A DNA stretch of 63,917 nt from assembly GCA_030324005.1 (NCBI GenBank), contig JARDVH010000130.1, positions 32,912,369 to 32,976,285 on the forward strand. The letters run 5' to 3'. Both the position numbers and the translations under genes were made by a program. Every line of letters starts with the position of its first letter. The stretch's first letter is position 1. This DNA is from Negaprion brevirostris. Taxonomy: Eukaryota. The notes under the pieces are model-generated. The model was not told where the DNA came from, ran no database searches, and worked only from the letters and a program-made list of their open reading frames with translations. Positions 11,867 to 25,106 of the stretch are shown in pieces.

Positions 11867-11890
11867 CCTCTGTACGCAGAAGGAAAACGG
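11867..11890 (+). CDS. SHANK3: SHANK3 24-nt micro-exon, (A)SVRRRKT, phase 1/1
   Basis: ttcttttctttccaag|CCTCTGTACGCAGAAGGAAAACGG|gtaagt. It translates to ASVRRRKT, matching the mammalian SHANK3 ASIRRRKG segment just before EKLDE. The final G joins AA of the next exon to give Glu. Confidence 0.88.
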
Positions 11891-13799
11891 GTAAGTTGTT
11901 CTCTTAAAACCTGACAACAAACGCCATTTTATTTCTTGTGGTGCTTTGTGTGTTGGCGCTGTGTTGAGCAGACATGCTTCTGTTGAGTGGTACACCTGCA
12001 CAGTTTTAAGAGAACAGTCATTATACACACCTACCCCACCATTTCCTCCACCACATAAACTCAGGGTGGTGGAAAAATTTCTTCAGTGCACTAAGTGAAG
12101 TGAAAATCCTAAATATGGTTTAAAATTGTGTCACAAATCAATCTGGCACAGTAAAAAAAATGAAGTAGAGCGCATGGAAGAGTAGAGTATACATTGGCTG
12201 TGGAAAGAGGTCAATTGGGTGAGTAGAATGCTTGATAGAATAGAGTTCACATGGCCTGTGTATGAAAGGAGTTTGATGGATAAAATCATTTTCTGATTCA
12301 ATGCCCAAATGAAGAACATAAAAATATGAGATCTTGACAGGACCCAGAATCTTGATATTGGAAAAAAATCATAGTGTCAAAAATGAAATGCCGAGTGTGA
12401 TACTTCCTCTCAAATAAATAGCATATTGGTGCTTGTATGTCTATGTGACTTCAAAATCTGGGTCCAATATACAAGGATTTAGGTAAAATCCCTGTCTCAA
12501 GTTATGTGATCCACTTCCTGAGGATGAATATATGTTTGAAGAACAACATAATTCAATATAATTTTATCCTTGCCTTTGCAGATTTGCCCATGAACGCCAG
12601 ACTTATACTAAGGCTAACACAGATAGTCTGTGGTTATTTGGTGGCCATTTCCAAGAGAGCAAAGCTTCTAACACAGACACAAGGGGCTTGCTTACAAATG
12701 AAATCCTTGAAGCAATGTAACTGAAAGTGCTTTGTCTATCTTAACATGAATTAACATTTCTCAGATAGAAAGATTTCTTCTTGGTGGTGTCTACCATTTT
12801 GGGTCTCGGCCCGTCACCTGTGGTCATGAAGTCTGAGCCTCAGATCTTCATCTTGTGTCCTGTGCTGTGAGACCTCTGCCATTCACCTGATACTAATGAG
12901 GTTTTGGAACCCCATTTGACTTTCTATACTGTGGAACCTTAGCCCATTCCTTGGTTCCTGCGCTATGATTCTTGGGTATTTCACCTGGTATGCTACACAA
13001 CAGGAATTAAGCTGTCCAGCACAATGAGACATTTGTCTTTCAAATTTTTTTTTAAAGCAACTAAACAAGGAAATGTTTTTGTTTAGAACTTGGAACATAC
13101 AGGAAATAAGGTACATACCTAGATAATCATTTGATGGTGTTGGTTGTGGGAAGAATGTTCATGAGGACACTGTCTGCTGCTCATTTTAAATGGGTTCACA
13201 GCATCATTTATATCCAATGGAATAGAGCAGACATTGGTTTTGTGTCTCAGTTAAAGAAGGCACAGATAACCAGCTAAATAATGGAGCCAAATTTTCAATG
13301 GGGTTCATACATCCATTCACCATAATTTAAGTGAAAAGACTGTGAAAACCTTGGACAATGGGGTTTACTTAGAGATGAGAGTGCTGCCAACTGTGCCAAA
13401 CTAATACTTAGAATGAAGCAGGACATAGCAAAACGATAAAAGATTAGGACTGAAGTCAAGATTCTTAATGAGGCTATTGAAAGCCAAGTGAAAAATGTCA
13501 AGGTAGATGTACAGGACAGGGTGATTCAGGATTTGTCAGACAAGGGAGAACCAGAGTTTGAAGGGGATTGATTCCACGTGGCAGCAAGTACCAGAGAGAG
13601 AGCATAAGGAGAGTGTGAAAACTGTAAGGAAAACTGGGTTGGGGCGATGGGGGGAAAGAAAGACAGGGAGAACTGAGGGGAGAGTTAACTGTTCCACTGG
13701 TGAGAGTAGGCATGTCTTTGGAAGAGAACGAATGGCAGACAGTGAAGCTGGGCAACTCCCTCAAGTGGCTGATTCGCGATACTATTTTGAGAAAACAAG

Positions 13800-16700
13800 T
13801 AAAGCATATTAATAAATCAAGGATAAATTAAAAGGCAGCCACCTAAAAGGCTACTATAGCAGAAAACAAAGAGAAGGGTACTTACAAACTTCAAATTATA
13901 ATGTATATAAGGGCTGATATCAAACCTCAGTGTTTGTGGTGCCCATTAATCACAGAAGGGCTTATTTTCTGTATCAACTCTCAATCCTTAATCAAACAGT
14001 GCCCATTGCCTGTGTACCTTTAACAACATAATCAATCAACCATTAACTAATTGCCCTTTCTTTCTTTAAACAAAACTTTATAACATTTAAATGTACATAG
14101 TGCAAACAAAGAAAAGTAAATTTGGTTTTCTATATTGCTTACAACTTATCGTAACACAAGATGTCCTTCTTCTAGGACCTCCAACAGCTTCTTAGGGTAA
14201 ACATCCCTCTTTATGAAACAGTTTTATAATTGGTAACCTGCATCAACACCCATTTTATTTTAGGGATTTCTTTTCTCTCTAGAACTTCCTTTATAATAGC
14301 AATGTCAATCCTCAACATGTTCGCAGTGACACTCTGTCAAATAAACATTATCCCATCAAAAATGTTTATTCAGTTGGTAAACTTGCAAACTTTTCTCAGA
14401 ATGCCCTTTGTGTAGGATTTCCTACAGAATGTTAGATAAGTACAATACTATATCTATTACTCCTACTAGCACCAGTGTTCCTGCAGCTAGGGTACTTTAA
14501 GCCACCCTTTTATTTCCTTGGCTTTCTAGACCAAGGGACATTTTCCATTTTCATCCAGCAAGAATCTGATAAACACAGCTGTATTTGAATGCCTATTTGG
14601 AAGAATTGCACAGAGACATCACCAAAAGGAACAAACAGTTTAATCACCAAGACTGGAAACTTCAGTGTCCATTTCTCCAAATTTTATTTCTTTAATGTTT
14701 TATTTCTCCTCAATACCTTCTTACTTGCAATGTGTTTCATCAAATTCCAATTAGTAGCACTGTGCCTTGTCTGGGAACTTAGTCAGTTTAACGGTCTAAC
14801 CAAACTTCTTAATTATTCTGTTTCTTTTTTGGACGCAAAATCATTTTTATCTGAGGATCTAGACCAATTTATTGGGAAACGATTAAATGTTTTTAGGTAT
14901 AATTGTTGATTCAAGATTACATCTGAGTTACTGCAAGACTACGTGTACTACTACTGGTCCCACAGTGGCAGAGCAGCTGAAGAAATGCAGCTTGAGTAAC
15001 ATTTCTGTATTTGGTGCTTCCCAGTTTTGAGCGAAGTTGAGAGNNNNNNNNNNNNNNNNNNNNNNNNNNNNNNNNNNNNNNNNNNNNNNNNNNNNNNNNN
15101 NNNNNNNNNNNNNNNNNNNNNNNNNNNNNNNNNNNNNNNNNNNGGAAGGAATTCTCTGGCTTTTTAAGGTGGTGTGATTCTCTGGTCCTGCAGTCAGCGC
15201 CCGTCCTGCCCCAGCGATGAGGGGTGGCTTCAATGGGAATTTCCATTCACAGCAGTGGGACAGGAAGATCCTGCTGCCAGTGAATGGTGTGTCACCTCCT
15301 GCCACCAAGAAAATTGCTGAGGAGAGGCCAGAGAATTTTGCCCTATGTATTTAAAAGCCCCACGAAGCTCAACTTCTAACATTAAATTCCGTTTTTATCT
15401 CACCTATGACAAATTGCTCAAATTCCGCAAGAACTTCCCATAGAGTATCATTGATGTGCATCATAAAGATGTCTGGGAGTATCTCTTTGTGGCATTAATA
15501 GAACACCACTGGGTCTGCTCTCAGCTGAATATAACATAACCCCAGAAAGAGAGACCTAACTGAGAAATACCATACCCTCGTTACATCATTCAATCCATAA
15601 ACATGTTTGTTTCATTTCCACAGCTTCCCTTCTGCATCATTATCTTCTTCAGATGGTTTCCAAAAGGGTGAAATTTTCCACCCTTCAAAAAATGCAGTTT
15701 CGGTGTTGATTGACCAATATTCCCAGAAATGTGTGACCAAGAGAACTATAGCATGGAGGAGTCTACTAAGGCATTTTGGTCAAATCTCTCTTTGAAACTC
15801 TGAGCCACTAGTCTCGCTTTTGCTTTGTCCGATCAGGAAATACTTCTTCCCAAACGTATCCACATATAAGGCTGGTTGTCCCCGATCTGGTATTTCATAG
15901 TACAGACCAAGTTTTTCCAACTATTTAATTGTTTTTGTTTTGCATGTCTTGTTGAATTAATTTCTAATTCATTGTAGACACCAAAATTTCCCAATCATAA
16001 TGGCTTCTATTTCTAGTGGCTTTCCTAGTTTGTCTATAGTAAATGTTTTAGTTAAAATAATTTTTTTAGTAAAGAGCTTTACATGCTCTTCTGGACTACT
16101 GATACTTGAACTCTACCTCCCACAATCAGAAGCCTCAGGCCAGATTCACTTCCAGATCCACGAATATAATTTTTACTGCCGCTTCTAGCTATGCAGAGTG
16201 TTACCTCAGTTTGCTAGTCCATACATCATACCTCTAGTCAATGTTTGAATTTGCCCATGGCTTTCTCTGCTCTCACTACAATGATCACATATCTCCATTT
16301 ACCAGAACCCCCTGGAATATATGCTACTCGTGTACCAAGCTTTTTGTGACGAGTACAATTCCCTCAAATTGCTTCCCCTCCCAAACTTTCCATGTTGCGC
16401 ACAGCCTTGAAACCCTGGCAGGATTCATTGCCTCCTCCCCCACCTCCACCGTATTATAGCAATGGAGGCACCCTGCCATTAGCCAGCGGCAGAATCTTTC
16501 ACTCCTGCTGTTGTCAATGAGTTTCCTCTCCACCACTGGGAAATCCGCAGCCTGGAGTTGTCTTTATCTTAATAATTCCTGTGCATTAGTAAGATTTATT
16601 CTCCTGTTATTATTATCCAATTCCTGTTGCCTGCCAGATCAGCCAACAGGCCTTCGTTCTCAAGTCTCCATCCTCATTCCTTTGTCTATGATTCTTCTTT

Positions 16701-16890
16701 TATATTGCCACCTGTGGCCCATTTCTGAACTTCTCAAAATCCTCCATCTTTTGTGACACTGCTGAATGAATGCTCCATTTGTGCCATGAAGGGCAATGAA
16801 AATGACTGTATTCCCAAGAATTTTTACTAATGTCTCTTTCTGAAACCTAACTCCAGGTAAGACCAGAAGCTTATCCATTGTGCACAATGC
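13800..16890 (-). mobile_element. Decayed Ty1/copia-type LTR retrotransposon (gag/pol remnants, RT, RNase H, probable 3' LTR)
   Basis: Minus strand: KAKARLVAQSF (15794-15826), VYGLNDVTRVWYFSV (15559-15603), IFMMHINDTLW (15438-15470, decayed YVDD box), MLRIDIAIIKEVLERKEIPKIKWV (14247-14318, RNase H), and a purine tract at about 14052-14067. Confidence 0.75.
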
Positions 16891-17029
16891 AACAAATATA
16901 AAGCAGGCACTGAACCAGGAATTTCCAAATAGAATTTATTCAATATTGTATATCATCTGTTAAATTCCATCATATACTCCTCTATGGAAAAATTGTTCGT
17001 CTTTCTCAATAAATCAAAGTCTGAATGTG

Positions 17030-17825
17030 AACATAAGAACATAAGAAATAGGAGCAGGAGTAGGCCATCTAGCCCCTCGAGCCTGCCCTGCCATTCAGTA
17101 AGATCATNNNNNNNNNNNNNNNNNNNNNNNNNNNNNNNNNNNNNNNNNNNNNNNNNNNNNNNNNNNNNNNNNNNNNNNNNNNNNNNNNNNNNNNNNNNNN
17201 NNNNNNNCTTTGCTGCCTGCTCGACCTTTGCAATGACTTTCAGTGAGTGATGCATGAGGCCATCAAGGTCTCACTGAGTATCCACATCTCTCAATTTACA
17301 CCCATTGAACTAATAATTTGCCTTCTTATTTTTGCACCAAAGTGGATAATCTCACATTTAATCACATTATATTAGATCCACCAGGCATATATCCACTCAC
17401 TCAGCCTGTCCAAATCACATTGAAGCATTTTCCTCACAGCTCACTCTCCCACCCAACTTTATATCATCTGCAAATTTGGAGATAGTATATTTAGTTCCCT
17501 TGTCCAAATCATTAATATATGATGTGAACAGTTGGGGTCCTAGCACAAATCTGAATAATCATTGCCTGCCAATTGCTAGAGACCGATTAATTCCAACTCT
17601 TTGTTTCCTATCTGCTAACCAGCTTTCTATCTATCCATCTCAAGTCATTGCCTACAATCTCACGTGTTTTAACTTTACATAGTAATCTGCTGCGTGAGAT
17701 CTTGTCAAAAGCCTTCTGAAAGTCTAAATAAACCAAATCCACCAGGTCTCCCTGGTCAACTCCACTAGCTATAATCCTCGAAGAATTCCATTAGATTGGT
17801 CAAGCATATTTCCCCTACATAAGTC
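17030..17825 (-). mobile_element. CR1 LINE 3' tail and RT fragment (spans a gap)
   Basis: gaacataagaacataagaaataggagcaggagtaggcc tail, atcatctgcaaatttgg (KFADD), CLTNLMEFFED and gccttctgaaagtcta (LDFQKA). Confidence 0.85.
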
Positions 17826-19099
17826 CAGAATGTGAGGGTCACTGGCAAGGTGGTCTTGAGAGAGAATTCCAGGCCATTTATCAACTCAAGCCTGATTGTT
17901 GGCCAGGTCTTGTTGTCTACTTCAATATCTGGGGAGTTGCGAATGACCTTAGCATTCCTAATGGCAACCCTGTCACTTCCCTGAACAGTTCCCATGCACC
18001 ACCCTTCGACACTAACCTGAGCATTTGCAGGCCTGATAGAGTTTTTCAGGTCTATCTACAGCATGTTAACATTGTACATCAATCTATATTTATCTGTTCA
18101 AATGGACTTTACTCCATTTGTTTACTAGTAAAGATACAAAGAAAGTCATCACATTACAAAATAGATTCGAAGAAGCAGGCGGTGATATGAAAAGTTTGAA
18201 TTGATTTAAATCTTAGATTTCATTTGTTTAAAACAGGAATTCATTCTCTAAATTATAATTCTCTAACTTCCTTTTATCCTATTTTCACTCTGCACATTTA
18301 ATAGCAGTATAATGCACTCTATGGACTTATGAAAGCTGCTGTAACCAATTTAACGTAAAATAACTTAAGAGATTCTAATATCCTAAATTTGGGAGCGTAA
18401 TGTGCATGGTCAAATGTATAAGATTTCTGCCAAAAATCTTTATGCAAAATCACCGACCCAAATTTAATTTAAAATACAGGACAGGTTTTTGAACATTTTG
18501 CCAATGAATTTGGTAACTTAAATGACTGCACCACGGGTATAACTTAGCAAATAGATCAATGTTTCCTTAGGAAATGAATATTTGATGAAACAAATGGAAA
18601 CCATTAGTTGATTGATTACATTTTCACTATTGTCATCCTTCACATTTCTGTGAGCATGTGCAAATCCTGTTGGCAAAGATAGGAGTTATTTTTTTCATCT
18701 CATTTATAATGAACTGTTTCCCACAAACAACATTTTCCAATTAAACTCCAGGTTTTGTTAAATCATTTATACCTGCCTTGCAGTTCGGAAGCGTTTCAGA
18801 TCCCCTTTAGCTTACTGATTCATTTGCATAAGCATTAAAGCAATTTCAACCTGCAGCTCAGTCACTACCAGTCAATCGCAAGTTATATCCAGCTGGATCT
18901 TCTTTTTGAGTTCTCTGCTTGATGGCAGATACTTAGTAATTTTATGCTAAGACATGGAAAAGTGCTGCCATTTTTACTGTGTGTAGGGCGCAGAGGAGAC
19001 ACCAAGTCTACTTCAGCTGGAACAACGAACCACCCGTGTGCTGTTGGTATTAATCTGATCTATATGCAAACTGGTTAGCCAACTGAACTAACTGGCCCC

Positions 19100-19378
19100 T
19101 CAAACCAAAGATTCACTACCCTCTGAGAGAAGAAGTTTCTCCTCAACTCTGTTCTAAACTGACCACCCCTTATTTTGAGGCTGTGCCCTCTAGTTCTGGT
19201 TTCCTTTCTAAGTGGAAACAATCCCTCGACCTCTAGCCTATCTAGCCCCTTCATTATCTTATATGTCGCTAAAAGATCACCCCTCAGCTTTCTAAATTCC
19301 AATGAGTACAGGCCCAATCTACTCAATCTCTCCTCATAAACTAATCCCCTCATCTCCGGTATCAACCTGGTGAACCTT
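19100..19378 (-). mobile_element. CR1 LINE ORF2 C-terminal fragment (little decayed)
   Basis: MIPEMRGLVYEERLSRLGLYSLEFRKLRGDL...RTRGHSLKIRGGQFRTELRRNFFSQRVVNLW. Confidence 0.92.
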
Positions 19379-21794
19379 GTGCCTTGAATACATGTGAATA
19401 AATGTGCCTTGAATACATTTAATAGAGCATCTTTCTTATAAATTTTGTCAGAATATCCAAACCTTCTTCAGTGTCCAAGTCATGAGCTTCCAGTTCCAAA
19501 AATACTTTGCACTGAATCCTGACTTGTTTGGAAATAACAGTGCCAAGGTCACACCTTCCTTTTTCTTTATCTTTAGTAAGTGTGTTTAACAGTTTTCATA
19601 TATCTCCTTAATTGTTCCATTGATCATGAGGTTCAGATCCAGACAACATCAGTGGGAAAACATACCCTGACACTTTACACCTGGTTTCAGCCATTCTTCT
19701 CAAAAGTAATTCAATTAGTTTTCTATCTGAAAATGTTTTTTTCAGTTTCCAATCTCCATGTTTAAGAACTGTCCTCTGCTACCATGTTAAATGGATCCAA
19801 GCCAGATGATGAAGTTCAAAACATGACACAGATTTTCTTTGATAATAGGTTATTCACAAGATGCCGACTTCTGCCTCCTAACTCTACCCCGGTATCCCAA
19901 CTAATTCTCTTTATATTGTTCAGAAAAAAGATCAGTAATATAAACAAATTAAAAAGGACGACATCCTGTGGTGGGGCACTGTAACAAAAAGTCAAATTTT
20001 CAAAGGAAACTCAACTAATCTAACCAAAATATAATTTCTGGGGTGACAATGCACCCTAGCCCTCATGCAGCCCACTGGTTGTGGAAGGCCGAGAGTATAC
20101 CAGTAGACACCATGTGCACCCTCTCCAGGGCCATCTAGTCATGAACATAGCTGCTGTAGAGGGGCAGACAGTCAGATCAAATGACCCCCCCGACTGCCTA
20201 GCCAAGCCCCGGAGAAAATCCTCTACCTTCCCTGACGTCCCCCCTTTGCAGTGGAAGACCAAAGATCAGGCGTGTGGAGCTGAAGTGCAAATGAAACTCA
20301 GGTAAAAGGTTTTTCAAGGAACAACAGAAGGGGTGCAGCCTACAACAATTTACATACACATACTCCACAGACTTCNNNNNNNNNNNNNNNNNNNNNNNNN
20401 NNNNNNNNAATCTGTCTTACAATTGTATGGGATTGCTGCGTGCAACACCCTCCACCCCAAGGCCCCAATGGTAATGGGGAGGACCCCCACATAGACAACC
20501 CTCTACTGGATACATCAGCTGCTGGACGACAACTTGGCATGCCAAGTCATGTCTCGATGGCAGGTGAGGATAAGGAGGTGAAGGGTGTGCAGTCGCCTAT
20601 ACAGAAACCTCTTCACACTGAGCTAAAAGACATGGAGTATATTTCCATGAGGCATCTCAGGTTCTGGGGTCCCTGCTTCCAAGGGAAGATTCAGGACTTG
20701 AACCAGAGTGGAATTCCATCTGAGCAAGGGTACACTAAGATGCTAGTTCACTGCACACTTGTGCTTGTGTGACATTGCGTCCCAGCATAATCATTTTAAG
20801 GTCACAGATGGCTTTGGTCACAAGTTGGATATCCACCAACACACAATGTGCCAAATTACTGTCTTTATCTTCCTTTAATAAAACAAACATCAATAAATCA
20901 AACAAAAATGACAGAGGTAACTGCTGATTGGTGGGCCACTATAACTAAAATAAAATGTCAAAAGGAAACTTAATAAATTAAATTAAATGTCATTGGGTTG
21001 ATGATGCAACCCAGCCCCAAAAGCGTCCACTTGTCACAGAAGGCCTGAAGTGTGTCAGTGGATATTGCATGCTCCCTCTCAAAAGCCAATTGGCCACACA
21101 CGTAGCCACGATAGAGAACAGGCAGATGAACAGATGGACAGTGGACCCTTCCCCAGGAACATCCTTCCCTCTTCCTGCCTCTCCATATTGTGTGATGTTC
21201 AGTATCAGGATCATTCAGTATTATGTTCAGTTAATGAATTTTGGAATTGTTCACTCATTGAACTTATTCAAAAAAGAGAGGTCAGTAGATTTTTGGATTG
21301 TTAGGATCTTGGTAGAGACTAATAGCTTTTATAAATAAATTTGCACTCCCAGTTATTGGATGGCAAAATGAATGGCATTTTTGCATTATAATAAAATCTT
21401 TACAAGAGTTAAGCAAAGCATATATTACTAATATAACACTATATTTTATAAATGCTTACATGTAAAGCCTTAAAATCTCAACAGAACACTCCCTTTTCTA
21501 ATTTTACTTCCACCCAAGAGTTCCCCATATACTTTGCAGGATTCTGAACATTCCTTCTAGTGTGGTACTCTTGTGATGCCCGAATAAAAATTTAAACTAA
21601 ATTTCCCCAATTTCTAAGCCATCCCTTTCTTCCAAGAAATGTTATGAGTAATTTAAACCCCTTATTGAGACAGTTCTAAACATCCTGTTTTCACCAAGAA
21701 ACTCATTTTTAGATTAACAATAGTTCCACTGTGACCTTATTTAACAAACATAAGCCACCCTTTGATTTGCAAATATATCAGGTTCTCAAATAAG

Positions 21795-22637
21795 TGAAGC
21801 AATTTTCCCCCCAAAAACAGCTACGTGTCTAACAGACAGAAAAATGAGAGATCTTCCCACTCGTGTTTTGGGTCAACTTAATTGATTAAATTTCTGGTGC
21901 TCCGTTTCACGCCAGTAGTAGTGAGGGAAGGTCTAAGTAGCGTGCTGAGTGGGCCACTGCACATTTGCTGAGCCCCCGATGGCTTAGCTAACCTCTCTCT
22001 GCACTACCCCCCACTGCTCTGCTGATCGCCAGCCCCAACACCTCACCGCTCCCCCCCATGGTCAGCCCGGCCCCCACACCCCCAANNNNNNNNNNNNNNN
22101 NNNNNNNNNNNNNNNNNNNNNNNNNNNNNNNNNNNNNNNNNNNNNNNNNNNNNNNNNNNNNNNNNNNNNNNNNNNNNNNNNNNNNNNNNNNNNNNNNNNN
22201 NNNNNNNNNNNNNNNNNNNNNNNNNNNNNNNNNNNNNNNNNAGCCCCACCCCTTGGCACTGCCTAGGGCCCAGTGAGCAGTGACAGGGCCTGGTGGGCAG
22301 TATCGGGGGGAAGGGGGGTTCTCAATGACCTTTTACCCCACCAGGAAGGCCACGATACCTGGTCCCCATTGCTGGGGACCAGCTTTAACCCCTGCTGGCA
22401 GGAATATCCCCGAGAGTGGTCAGAAACATTAGCAAGCCTGGACAACACCACCCCGAGCCAATGAGATGGAAATGTCAATTTCCATATTGTAATCAGCCTC
22501 ATGCTGTTTTTATGAGGCTTATTACACCATAGAAAATGGCCCATGGAGGTCACGACCTCCCATTTCAACCCTCCTGCTGACATTTTCCAGTCTACTGCGT
22601 TATACGTGCAGTGCAGCGGGCTAGGAAAATCACACCC
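21795..22637. mobile_element. Non-autonomous Harbinger-like element
   Basis: gcaattttccc...gaaaatcacaccc termini. The interior cccacccttggcactgcc is shared with 1-515 and about 57120. Confidence 0.45.
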
Positions 22638-24339
22638 CAGGTGTTTTAAATTTGTCTGACAATTAAAAATTCTAATTCTCAAAATAAAATTTATATTCTG
22701 ATGATGTATAAATCATAAAATAGATACCCATAACAGAATACTAAGGGTGTCGCGGAATATGAGGATAGGAGCGAAGGTGAAGACGGGGTAGAGATCAGCT
22801 ATTACCTATTGAACAGCAGAAGTAGGCATACAGGTCCAAATAGCAAAATTCTGTTCCCATTTCTTCAGTTCTTAAGCTCTTATAATGGGACGTTGCCCAC
22901 TTACTGAGCTGGTACTCAGTGATAGGACATTACCTAGTTACTGAGCTTGGGAATTGCTTAGTCATTCAGTATATTTAAGAGATAAGTCAATAGGTTTTTG
23001 GATACTAAGGGAGTTAAGGGATATGGGGGATGGTGGGAGAGACAGAGTTGAGGTAAAAGAAAGTCACCTTATTGAATGACAGATCAGGCTCCAAGATCCG
23101 AATAGCCTGCTCCAGCTTCTTATATTCTTGTGATGGGACATCACCCTGTCACTGAGCTTGCATGTAGTAAGATCATAAGAAATAGTAATGGGAGTAGGCC
23201 ATTTGGCCCATAAAGCCTGCACCATTCAATACGATCATGGCTGTTCTGATTGCGACCATAACTCCACTTTCCTGCCTATCTCCCAAAATCCTTAACTTCT
23301 TTGTTAATCCAAATTCTGTCTAATTCAGCCTTGAATATGTTCAATGACCCAGGCTTCAGTGCTTTCTGGCTATGATTCTGGCTGTAGATCAGCATGTGAC
23401 AAGGTGAGTTCAGTCCCACCTAGCTGGATGACAGTGCAGCAGTATTAGAAGAGGATGAAGTGGCCAAGAGGCTGCAAACAGGTCAGAAAGGATGAGGAAG
23501 GATACTTTATCTTTCTCATTCTATATAGTATGTCACCTGTGACTTTTATAAAAACTGATTTGGACCTTTGGCATTTACTGTTCATAGACACAGCAGTAAA
23601 ACATTGACCATGGTAGACAAACTGAGTTTTTCCAGCATTTTCTGTTCCTATTTCAGATTTCCAGCATTTTGCTTCTATTTTAAGGCCTATTGTCAAAAGC
23701 TGACTGGAGGTTTCCACCTGGCCTTCAGGCAGCAGGAGGTTCTGGGGAACAGTGTAGTTTTCTGAAGGGACAGCCTCCCGGTAGCTCCCTGGAGACCTAA
23801 CACTCCAGTTAGGCTATATGGCCCTCCCCACCTGCCTATGGACACATTGCTCTAGACCCTGGCTGCTAATACTGTGTTTTATTTAAAATTTTAAACAATT
23901 AGGGTGTGTCTCTTTCTCTCCTTACCTGAAAATACAATCTGTTGTTTCTTCAATTTTGGACGGCTTCCAGTTGGTCTGCCAGCTTTGAAATCTTGCCTAT
24001 CATCCTTAATTGGAGCCTGTCCTCTGGTCAGTTCAGGAAAATCACAGCTTGGTGACTGTTCCCCAAAAGTGCAATCCTCTGACCTCCATTTGATCATCAC
24101 ATCAGGGTCCTGAAGCTTGTGGAGAACTGCCCCATGTGACTCTCAACCACAGAGACCAAGAAGGTCACAGCTTCAATATCAGGCCTGTGCTGTTAGCCGA
24201 TTCCCTGTGGAGTCCTCATAGATTAACTCCAAATATTCACAACACCCTAAGCTGGGGAGAGAGAAAATCAATTAGACAACCTGCCGAGCCTCATGCTGTA
24301 GAACACTGAGCAAAGGAAAGGTTCTGGCGGATTGTGTCA

Positions 24340-24642
24340 TCCTCTGGGTGAGAAGTTAAGCTGAGGCTCAGCCAGTCTTATCTTGTGGTTGTGAACGATC
24401 CCATAGCATCATTGGAAAAGGAGGTGGCAGGTTCTTCCTGGTATCTGAGCCAATTTACATCATTGTAAAACAGATGATCTGGTTATTGTCACATTGCCAG
24501 TTGTGGGAACCTGCTGTGTGCAAATTTGTTGTCACATTTCTCACCTTATAACAGAAACTAGACTTCAAGGGTATTTAATGGGCTGTAAAGTGTTTTGGGA
24601 AATCCTGAAGTTGTAAGAGAATCTACATAAATGCAAGATTTT
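24340..24642 (+). mobile_element. Deu-domain SINE (SacSINE1/AmnSINE-like)
   Basis: cagatgatctggttattgtcacattgc...tgtgggaacctgctgtgtgcaaatt...gctgtaaagtgttttggga...ataaatgcaag. Confidence 0.7.
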
Positions 24643-24649
24643 CAAGAAT

Positions 24650-25106
24650 TATACTCCAGTGCAGTACTGAAGGAGTGCTTCTGTACCCGCTGGGCACCGC
24701 AGTAGCTGAGGTGCGTTATAGACCCCGACAATCACATTTTGATTTGATGTGTCTTAAGTTTCCTTTGTACTTTTGTTTTTCTTCGGGCTGTTCCCCTTCC
24801 TTTTGGGGAGCTGCCCCTTTCACTTTGTCCTAATTTAATTTGAGTTTGTCTATTTGGTTTGACCAAAAAGAGGAACAGAGGAAGTGCTGCACTCTCAAAG
24901 GTATCGTTCTTTGGATGAGGCAATAAGCAAAGCACCTTTTTGCCCTGTCATGCAGAGGTAAAAGATTGTATGACACTATTTTAAAGAGGAGCAGGGGAGT
25001 TTATCCCTGGGGGGCCTGGCCTATATTTATCCCCTGGTCAACATCACAAAAACAGACTATCTCATCATTATCATATTGCTGTTTGTGGGAACTTTGTATG
25101 TGCAAA
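24650..25106 (+). mobile_element. Deu-domain SINE with a nested Tx1-like 3' fragment (about 24680-24877)
   Basis: actccagtgcagtactgaaggagtgct [insert] gaggaagtgctgcactctc...gagcaggggagtt...attgctgtttgtggga. Confidence 0.7.

Noticed and set aside
19980-21760. Possible further LTR-element relic on the minus strand
   Set aside because: It has a TGTAAC start and a pol-like feel, but I could not read diagnostic motifs confidently.
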